Source: Candidatus Andersenbacteria bacterium RIFCSPHIGHO2_02_FULL_45_11
GTDB taxonomy: Bacteria > Patescibacteriota > Andersenbacteria > UBA10190
Reading direction: 5' to 3'
DNA length: 36,016 nt
Assembly: GCA_001817055.1 (NCBI GenBank)
Contig: MHHP01000021.1
Location: forward strand, 1-36,016
In this document: piece after piece, positions 25,231 through 31,866 of the stretch
Layout: each line of letters begins with the position of its first letter
Numbering within the stretch: position 1 is the stretch's first letter
Notes under the pieces: generated by a model
Seen by the model: the letters and a program-made list of their open reading frames with translations, nothing else
Told to the model about the DNA's origin: nothing
The model's database searches: none
Program-made: the position numbers and the translations under genes

Positions 25231-25687
25231 AAAATATACAGCGTATTTCTCCCCCTTGGATAAGGGGGAGCGCGAGGGGGTAGTAACGCTACGTCCGACC
25301 CCACCTCGCCTCCCCTCATATGAGGGGAGGAAATCGGCTCAGCGTGGCTCAGTCGTCATTACTATTGTTTTATTTATGATTATCCTCATGACGTCTTCTG
25401 CCGTAGTGTTATCTGGCACACTCTCTCGCCACATTCGTGCATCACAAGACTATTTATCGTCAGAAAAAGCTTTTGCAGGGGCAAATACCGGCATGGAAGA
25501 AATACGATACAAGGTAAAGCAGGGTGATTATGAGCCTATTAAAGATGCTGAAATGGCATACGATGGCCAAGTAGTTACATATAACGCATCAGCAGAGAAC
25601 GATGGCGCCTGCATTATTTCATCTGGAACATTTAAAAATCTTGTACGTCGCGTGCAGTTCGGGGGAGAAGGGTGTAATCAACAATGA
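25214..25687 (+). CDS. PilX-like minor pilin / pilus assembly protein with the family A repeat in its N-terminus
   Basis: MRRTNKKYTA-[the same 31-aa repeat peptide]-AQRGSVVITIVLFMIILMTSSAVV, a QRGS + TM helix as in PilX N-terminal domains. It overlaps the upstream gene by 17 nt and ligA by 4 nt (ATGA). Confidence 0.6.
   Translation: MRRTNKKYTAYFSPLDKGEREGVVTLRPTPPRLPSYEGRKSAQRGSVVITIVLFMIILMTSSAVVLSGTLSRHIRASQDYLSSEKAFAGANTGMEEIRYKVKQGDYEPIKDAEMAYDGQVVTYNASAENDGACIISSGTFKNLVRRVQFGGEGCNQQ
25241..25335 (+). repeat. GC-rich double-hairpin repeat, family A, copy 3 (in frame)
   Basis: Identical over 95 bp to 24625-24719, and read in the same frame. Confidence 0.9.
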
Positions 25688-27672
25688 CAAAGGAGCAGGC
25701 AAAAAAGCGTGCGGAACTTTTGCGGAAAGAAGTGGATCGTCACCGATACCTCTATCATGTTCGCGATACGCAAGAAATATCTGATGCGGCACTCGATAGC
25801 TTAAAAAATGAGCTGCAAGAAATAGAGCGGCAGTATCCTGATTTAATTACTCCTGACTCACCTACTCAGCGCGTAGGCGGAGCAGTGCTACCAGAATTTA
25901 CACCCGTTCCACATAGCAGCCGCATGCTCTCGCTCAATGATATGTTCTCGGCGGAAGAGTTGCTTGCGTGGGAAAAACGAAATCAGAAAATAGTGCCAGG
26001 GGAGTATGAGTATTTTGTAGAGCTCAAAATAGACGGCGTTGCCGTATCGCTTATTTATGAAGACGGACTGCTTGTTCGTGCTGCAACGCGTGGAGACGGT
26101 ACGATGGGCGAAGATGTAACGCAGAATATTAAAACGATTGAAGCAATCCCGTTGGCTTTGCAAAAAAAGATTGATGGCATAGTAGAAGTGCGCGGGGAAA
26201 TATATTTTCCAAAGAAAGAGTTTGAAAAGATGAATGCCCTTCGACAAGCTCAGGGCGAATCGCAATTCGCAAACCCTCGAAATATTGCCGCAGGCTCTAT
26301 TCGGCAGCTAGATCCGGCAATTGCGGCATCTCGCCCGCTTAAGTTTTTTGCATGGGAAATAACACGGGGAGTGGATATTGTAACCAGGCAAGAAGAATAT
26401 GAGATGCTCCAAGAGATTGGATTTCCCGTTCCTCCCGGAGGCATGCTATGTAAGACAATGCATGAGGTTGTTGCTGTAGTTACGAAAGAAGAACGCAAGC
26501 GCTTACATTATGCGTTTCAAGTTGATGGCCTAGTGGCCAAGATACAAGACATCACCGTTTCCAAGAGGCTGGGGATAGTAGGGAAGGCTCCGCGCGGATC
26601 CGCTGCCTTCAAGTTTAAAGCAGAAGAAGCTACGACAATTGTTGAAGATATTGTGGTGCAAGTAGGCCGTACTGGGGCGCTTACGCCCGTTGCGCATTTA
26701 ACGCCGGTGCGAGTTGCGGGTACTATCGTGTCTCGCGCAACATTGCATAATGCAGACGAGGTAGCGAGGAAAGATATCCGCATTGGCGACACGGTCATTA
26801 TTCGCAAAGCAGGAGATATTATTCCGGAAGTTATTGCGAGCTTACCTACGCTTCGCAAAAAAAACGCAAAGCCGTTTATAATGCCTGTGAAATGCCCAAT
26901 GTGTGGATCTGCTGTAACAAAAGACCCGGAAGGTGTAGTAATGCGATGCAGTAACAAAGACTGCTTCCCACAACAACGGGAACGAATCTTGCATGCTGTT
27001 GGCCGCTCCGCATTCGACATTGAAGGCTTGGGCGATAAAATAGTGGAGCAGCTGCTGCAAGAGGGCCTTATCAAAAACGTAAGCGATTTATGGGAATTAA
27101 CAGAAGGGGATTTAACGCCACTAGAACGTTTTGCAGAAAAATCTGCCAAGAATTTAGTAAACGAAATTCAGGCAAAAAAAAATATATCGTTTTCCCGATT
27201 TATAGTTGCACTAGGAATTCCGCACGTAGGGGTAGTAACGGCGCAAGATTTGGCGCGGGAGTACAAGACGCTTGGTTCGTTTACGGGCCTTAGCGAAGAA
27301 GGTTTATTGCGTGTTGAGGGGATAGGCGAAAAGGTTGCCCATGCAATTATTGCATATTTTGCCAGCTCGGAGACAAAGAAGATTTTGGAAAAATTTGAAG
27401 CACTAGGCATTACTGTACAAAAAGAACAGGCTGCAGGCGCGCTTGATGGTAAGACATTTGTCTTTACAGGATCGTTGTCTACAATGACGCGTGAAGAAGC
27501 AAAACAGCGCGTGCAAGCAGTAGGGGGAAGAATTGCATCTACTGTTGGAAAGGGTGTTGATTATGTAGTAGTTGGGGAAGATGCGGGCAGCAAAGCTGTA
27601 AAGGCAGAGGCGCTGGGCCTTACAGTAATTAACGAGACAGCATTTGCGTCTCTTGTAACACCAACGCTATAG
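25684..27672 (+). CDS. ligA: NAD-dependent DNA ligase
   Basis: KxDG adenylation site (ELKIDGVA), OB fold, Cys4 zinc finger (CPMCGS...C..C), HhH repeats and a C-terminal BRCT (GKTFVFTGSL). Confidence 0.95.
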   Translation: MTKEQAKKRAELLRKEVDRHRYLYHVRDTQEISDAALDSLKNELQEIERQYPDLITPDSPTQRVGGAVLPEFTPVPHSSRMLSLNDMFSAEELLAWEKRNQKIVPGEYEYFVELKIDGVAVSLIYEDGLLVRAATRGDGTMGEDVTQNIKTIEAIPLALQKKIDGIVEVRGEIYFPKKEFEKMNALRQAQGESQFANPRNIAAGSIRQLDPAIAASRPLKFFAWEITRGVDIVTRQEEYEMLQEIGFPVPPGGMLCKTMHEVVAVVTKEERKRLHYAFQVDGLVAKIQDITVSKRLGIVGKAPRGSAAFKFKAEEATTIVEDIVVQVGRTGALTPVAHLTPVRVAGTIVSRATLHNADEVARKDIRIGDTVIIRKAGDIIPEVIASLPTLRKKNAKPFIMPVKCPMCGSAVTKDPEGVVMRCSNKDCFPQQRERILHAVGRSAFDIEGLGDKIVEQLLQEGLIKNVSDLWELTEGDLTPLERFAEKSAKNLVNEIQAKKNISFSRFIVALGIPHVGVVTAQDLAREYKTLGSFTGLSEEGLLRVEGIGEKVAHAIIAYFASSETKKILEKFEALGITVQKEQAAGALDGKTFVFTGSLSTMTREEAKQRVQAVGGRIASTVGKGVDYVVVGEDAGSKAVKAEALGLTVINETAFASLVTPTL

Positions 27673-27680
27673 TTCAAGCT

Positions 27681-27992
27681 ATGAGTATAATTACCCCCGA
27701 AGAAGTTCGTAAAATTTCAGCTTTGGCTCGGCTTTCGCTTACTGACGATGAGGTATCTTCCGCAACGCGAGACTTATCTGGTATCTTGAATCACTTTTCT
27801 GCAATTGGAAACATTGATACTGCGGATGTTCCGGCAGCAGACGCTGTATCTGGGCTTTCTAATATTTCTCGTCAAGATGTGGCGCAGCCAAATACACTAT
27901 GCAAACCGGAAGATCTGCTTGCTCGAGCACCAAAAATAAAACAAGGCTACGTTCAAGTTCCGGGAGTATTTGAAGAATCATCCGTATCATGA
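27681..27992 (+). CDS. gatC: Asp/Glu-tRNA(Asn/Gln) amidotransferase subunit C
   Basis: 103 aa, V.K.A.LARL.L.DDE, immediately upstream of gatA with an ATGA overlap. Confidence 0.85.
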   Translation: MSIITPEEVRKISALARLSLTDDEVSSATRDLSGILNHFSAIGNIDTADVPAADAVSGLSNISRQDVAQPNTLCKPEDLLARAPKIKQGYVQVPGVFEESSVS

Positions 27993-29353
27993 AGACACCA
28001 CATACAGTTCAGGAGAGTCGTGATGCAATTGCTGCTTGGGAGCCGCATATCCATGCATTTCTCGAAACATTTGAAGCGCCTGAAGTATTAGAAGGCGTAC
28101 TTGCGGGTAAACCAATTGCCATCAAAGACAATATCGTAACCAAATTTGGCCATACGAGTGCAGCATCAAAGATGCTCGAGAATTTTCAGTCTCCATATAA
28201 TGCAGCGGTAGTTGAAAAACTGATTGATGCCGGTGCTGCTATTGTCGGCAAGGCAAATTTGGATGAATTCGCGATGGGTTCGAGTACTGAATATTCGGCA
28301 TTTGGAGTTACAAAAAATCCTTGGGACATATCTCGTGTTTCAGGAGGAAGTAGCGGCGGATCTGCTGCCGCAGTCGCAAGCGGGGAAGTGTGGGGTGCAA
28401 TTGGCACAGAAACAGGAGGTTCAGTACGGCACCCAGCTAGCCTGTGTGGTGTGGTGGGGGTAAAGCCAACATATGGCCGCGTAAGTCGCCATGGCCTTAT
28501 CTCATACGGAAGCAGTCTCGACCAGGCTGGCCCAATGGCACGCACAGTAAAAGACGCAGCACTGCTACTTGAGATTATTGCAGGGAATGACCCGTACGAT
28601 GCAACGTCTTCTCAAGAGCCGGTAGGCATGTATGTGCATGCATGCGACAAAGATATTACAGGCATGAAGATCGGGGTGCCGGAAGAATTTTTTGGCGTGG
28701 GCATACATCCAGAAGTTGAAAAGCTTGTTCGTGCAGCAGTTGAATCTCTAAAAGACCAGGGAGCAATCATTACTCCTATTTCCTTATCGCTAACATCTGC
28801 TGCTATCCCTGTGTATTACCTGATCGCAAAGGCGGAAGCGTCTACGAATCTTTCACGATACGACGGACTTCGGTATGGGGACATGGATGTACATGACGTG
28901 TCGCTCTTAGAGCATTACATCCACGCACGTGGGAAAGGGTTTGGTCCCGAAGTAAAGCGTGCAATCTTAATGGGCACGTACGCACTCTCTGCAGGATATG
29001 TGGATGCATGGTATAAGCAAGCATCAAAAGTTCGCACCCTTATTCGTCGTGAATATGAGGAGGCGTTTAAAGCAGTGGATGTAATCGCAGGGCCTGTTAC
29101 GCCGGAGCCAGCATTCCCAATTGGTAGCAAGATGTCAGATCCGCTGCAGATGTACTTAGCCGATGCGCTTACCGTGCCTGCAAACCTAGCAGGTGTTCCC
29201 GCACTCTCTGTTCCTTGTGGATTTACGAGCGAGAACTTGCCGGTAGGTCTGCAGGTTATAGCGTCACACTTTCAAGAAGAGAAGATGTTTTCTGCTGCTG
29301 CTGCATACGAGAAGCAACACGACTGGCACACAAGATTTCCAGAACTACCGTAG
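27989..29353 (+). CDS. gatA: Asp/Glu-tRNA(Asn/Gln) amidotransferase subunit A (amidase signature)
   Basis: KDNI, GGSSGGSAAAVA and GTETGGSVR amidase-signature motifs, 454 aa. Confidence 0.95.
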   Translation: MKTPHTVQESRDAIAAWEPHIHAFLETFEAPEVLEGVLAGKPIAIKDNIVTKFGHTSAASKMLENFQSPYNAAVVEKLIDAGAAIVGKANLDEFAMGSSTEYSAFGVTKNPWDISRVSGGSSGGSAAAVASGEVWGAIGTETGGSVRHPASLCGVVGVKPTYGRVSRHGLISYGSSLDQAGPMARTVKDAALLLEIIAGNDPYDATSSQEPVGMYVHACDKDITGMKIGVPEEFFGVGIHPEVEKLVRAAVESLKDQGAIITPISLSLTSAAIPVYYLIAKAEASTNLSRYDGLRYGDMDVHDVSLLEHYIHARGKGFGPEVKRAILMGTYALSAGYVDAWYKQASKVRTLIRREYEEAFKAVDVIAGPVTPEPAFPIGSKMSDPLQMYLADALTVPANLAGVPALSVPCGFTSENLPVGLQVIASHFQEEKMFSAAAAYEKQHDWHTRFPELP

Positions 29354-30931
29354 CGAAGCAAGAAGAGAGACGCCTGTCATCGCTGGCGGCTTTTCAATTT
29401 TCAATACATCCAGGATTGTAGGAGCAATATCTGCAAGTACGCCGATCGGTGTTGTTAAAATACTAACCATTTCCTGATCGCTTTTTGGGGTGGAGCGTTG
29501 TAGGCGTGCAGATACTAAATGAAGTGGAACAGGGTTCGTAGTGTGGTCTGTTTCCACCTGTCCGGTACTCGGACTTATTTTTTCCTCCGCATTTCCATGA
29601 TCCGCCGTTACCATTAATGTTCCGCCAGCTGCAAATACTGCATTGTGAATTTTTGTAATGCAACTATCTACAAATGAGCATGCTTCTATTGTCGCGTTAA
29701 AATCTCCGGTATGTCCAACCATGTCCGCATTCGCGAAGTTGATAAAATACACGTCGTAGATGCCTTTTGAAATTTCCTCCACCACTCGATTCGCAATTCC
29801 ATCAGCTTGCATATGGGGCTCATCTGCAAAACTAGAAACATTAGAAGAGGGTATAAGGACATTTTCTTGCCCAGGATACGGCGTTTCATTTCCGACGTTT
29901 AAATAGTAGGTGACGTGCGCATACTTTTCTGTTTCTGCAATATGGAGTTGTTTGAGCCCTGCATTTGATAGCACGCGTGCAAGAGGAAATTCAGATACAT
30001 CTTCGAGAAACGCGAAGGGGGTGGGGATAGCTGGGTCGTACTGGGTCATGCTGGCAAAGTACAGGTTTTGTATTTTTTTGGCAGGGAAGCCAACTGTTTC
30101 CGGTTGTACCAAAGCTTCTGTTAGCTGCCGTGCTCGATCTGGCCTGTAATTAAAGAAGATAACAGCATCGTTGTCTTGGATGGTTGCCGTTGGTTCACCG
30201 CCACGAGTAATTACGGTCGGAACGATGCGCTCATCAAAGATTTGTTTTTGGTACGACTGCGCAATGGCGCTTGTTGCGCTCGGCGCCCCTGCTTTGCGCG
30301 GCCCGCCGGTTAACATCTCGTACGTTGCCTGTGTACGGTCCCAGTTCTTATTGCGGTCCATGGCATAAAAGCGTCCAGTTACCGACGCAATCTTTCCTAC
30401 GCTATATTTTCCAATTGCATCTTCTATTGCTTTCAAATACCCAGCCGCTCCTGTGGGGGGAGTGTCTCGTCCGTCGGTGATAAGGTGAATATATACTCGC
30501 TCATGCATGTTCTGGCTTGCTGCAAATTCGAGCAGTGCAATTAAATGGTTGATATGTGCGTGCACGCCTCCAGGTGAAGCTAGTCCAAGTAAATGCAAGT
30601 TTGAATTATACTGCGTAACGTGCGCAACGGCATTTAAAAATGCCGGGTTCGTAAAAAATGAACGGTCTGCAATTGCCTTATCTACTTTTGGCAGTACTTG
30701 GTACTGCACTTGCCCCGCTCCAATATTTCGGTGCCCTGTTTCAGAATTTCCAACCTCTCCCCACGGCAACCCAACTTCAATTCCAGATGCGCTGATTGCG
30801 GCAGTGGGGTAGGTACGGGCATACGTATCCATAGTGGGAGTATTGGCTGCAAAAATAGCGTTTCCTTTTCGAATTAAGCTAATACCCCACCCATCGAGAA
30901 TAATCACGACTAAAGGACGAGGACGATCCAT
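29345..30931 (-). CDS. gpmI: 2,3-bisphosphoglycerate-independent phosphoglycerate mutase
   Basis: ILDGWG, GNSETGH (catalytic Ser), ITDGRDT, ADHGNAE, 528 aa. The ATG lies 1 nt downstream of the tRNA 3' end. Confidence 0.95.
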   Translation of the reverse strand: MDRPRPLVVIILDGWGISLIRKGNAIFAANTPTMDTYARTYPTAAISASGIEVGLPWGEVGNSETGHRNIGAGQVQYQVLPKVDKAIADRSFFTNPAFLNAVAHVTQYNSNLHLLGLASPGGVHAHINHLIALLEFAASQNMHERVYIHLITDGRDTPPTGAAGYLKAIEDAIGKYSVGKIASVTGRFYAMDRNKNWDRTQATYEMLTGGPRKAGAPSATSAIAQSYQKQIFDERIVPTVITRGGEPTATIQDNDAVIFFNYRPDRARQLTEALVQPETVGFPAKKIQNLYFASMTQYDPAIPTPFAFLEDVSEFPLARVLSNAGLKQLHIAETEKYAHVTYYLNVGNETPYPGQENVLIPSSNVSSFADEPHMQADGIANRVVEEISKGIYDVYFINFANADMVGHTGDFNATIEACSFVDSCITKIHNAVFAAGGTLMVTADHGNAEEKISPSTGQVETDHTTNPVPLHLVSARLQRSTPKSDQEMVSILTTPIGVLADIAPTILDVLKIEKPPAMTGVSLLASLR

Positions 30932-30932
30932 G

Positions 30933-31004
30933 TAGCGGGGGCTGGGATTGCACCAGCGATCTCCTGGTTATGAGCCAGGCGAGATACTACTTCTCCACCC
31001 CGCG
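30933..31004 (-). tRNA. tRNA-Met (CAT), initiator-like
   Basis: Cloverleaf CGCGGGG-TG-GAGA-AGTAGTA-TCTC-G-CCTGG-CTCATAA-CCAGG-AGATC-GCTGG-TGCAATC-CCAGC-CCCCGCT-A. It has a C1:U72 mismatch, A11:U24 and the same 5' CGCGGGG as E. coli tRNA-fMet. Atypical features: the D-loop lacks GG, the T-loop is TGCAATC, only two G:C pairs close the anticodon stem, and CCA is not encoded. Confidence 0.7.
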
Positions 31005-31016
31005 TTATGTGAAAGG

Positions 31017-31025
31017 AGCATAGCA
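31017..31025 (-). promoter_or_regulatory. Extended -10 element (TGCTATGCT) 12 nt upstream of the initiator-like tRNA
   Basis: The reverse complement of agcatagca is TGnTATGCT. It would drive a tRNA-gpmI transcript. Confidence 0.4.
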
Positions 31026-31179
31026 GAATATATGCTCTTGCGCAATAAAGTAGAAGAGGAAGAATGGAAGTACGACCACTGGAGGAACTCGAAGACTGAT
31101 GCACACAGATCTGTCGAAGTTAGACCACTAGTGAGTCCTTTGGAGCATCCGGCCTCATTTTTATGAGAAACCGGCTTAA

Positions 31180-31209
31180 CAGCGCCGACCTCGGCGCTGT
31201 TTTATTTTT
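31180..31209 (+). terminator. Rho-independent terminator (plus strand) with no assigned upstream gene
   Basis: cagcgccga-cc-tcggcgctg is followed by ttttattttt. Confidence 0.7.
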
Positions 31210-31237
31210 GCTCATCCTATGTATAATGCCCTGTATT

Positions 31238-31311
31238 GGTGACGTAGCTCAGTCGGTTAGAGCGTGGGACTCATAAGCCCGAGGTCGGAGGTTCGATTCC
31301 TCCCGTCACCA
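31238..31311 (+). tRNA. tRNA with CAT anticodon, elongator type (Met; lysidine-modified Ile2 not excluded)
   Basis: GGTGACG-TA-GCTC-AGTCGGTTA-GAGC-G-TGGGA-CTCATAA-GCCCG-AGGTC-GGAGG-TTCGATT-CCTCC-CGTCACC-A. G1:C72 is paired. TATAAT (31222-31227) lies 10 nt upstream. Confidence 0.85.
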
Positions 31312-31357
31312 CAAATTTCTTTACAAACACATAGATTTCGGTATCTTATGTAGTACT

Positions 31358-31434
31358 GGGCTTGAAGTGTAACGGTTTTGCATGTCTCCCTGTCACGGAG
31401 AAGGCAGCGGGTTCGACTCCCGTCAGGCCCGCCA
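31358..31434 (+). tRNA. tRNA-Asp (GTC), CCA encoded
   Basis: GGGCTTG...TCTCC-CTGTCAC-GGAGA...GCGGG-TTCGACT-CCCGT-CAGGCCC-G-CCA. Confidence 0.9.
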
Positions 31435-31452
31435 ATAGTGTAGTATACAATT

Positions 31453-31866
31453 ATGACAGTCAAAGCATTTGGGCTTGGGTCCTTTATTACCGCCCTTATT
31501 TCCTGGGGAATTTTGTTTCTGATCATTAATTGGATCGACCCTACTAAAAGTGCCGCGGCTGCATTTATTCTCTTTTTTCTCACACTCTTTTTAGCCGTTG
31601 CAGCAACGGCAGGCTTAATTGGGTACATTGCCCGTACCATATTTATGCGTCATCAGCTCCCGGCATATCGCGTGCGCCCATCCCTTCGGCAAGGAGTATT
31701 TTTAGGAGTATTTGTTGATCTGCTCCTCTTTTTACAATTGGAGAGGATTTTAGTATGGTGGGTAAGCGCGATTATCGTTCTACTCTTTATTGTGATTGAA
31801 TTAGTATTTACGTCATATGACCGACATGGAGCAACAACTCGAGGATCTACAGAAGCAAGCCAATAA
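31453..31866 (+). CDS. Small integral membrane protein, unknown function
   Basis: 137 aa with four hydrophobic helices. TAGTAT (31441-31446) lies 6 nt before the ATG. Its 3' end overlaps the pheS start by 50 nt. Confidence 0.6.
   Translation: MTVKAFGLGSFITALISWGILFLIINWIDPTKSAAAAFILFFLTLFLAVAATAGLIGYIARTIFMRHQLPAYRVRPSLRQGVFLGVFVDLLLFLQLERILVWWVSAIIVLLFIVIELVFTSYDRHGATTRGSTEASQ

Noticed and set aside
24625-25335. Possible CRISPR array, suggested by two identical 95-bp repeats 616 bp apart.
   Set aside because: There are only two units, far longer than CRISPR repeats. The intervening 'spacer' is a pilin gene body, the repeats lie in frame in ORFs, and no cas genes or leader are present.
26517-27149. 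210-aa minus-strand ORF.
   Set aside because: It is antisense to ligA. Its composition is Ser/Thr/Pro/Ala-rich and it has no motifs.
30948-31166. 72-aa ORF (long form).
   Set aside because: Its first 19 codons overlap the minus-strand initiator-like tRNA. Only the internal 44-codon version (31032-31166) is retained, as a low-confidence possibility in the findings.
31005-31237. Assignment to a known ncRNA class (SRP 4.5S, 6S, tmRNA, RNase P, T-box).
   Set aside because: By eye I could not find the conserved cores: the SRP GGAA/AGCA domain IV, the RNase P GAGGAAAGUCC, or the tmRNA tRNA-like ends. It is left as unassigned rather than named.
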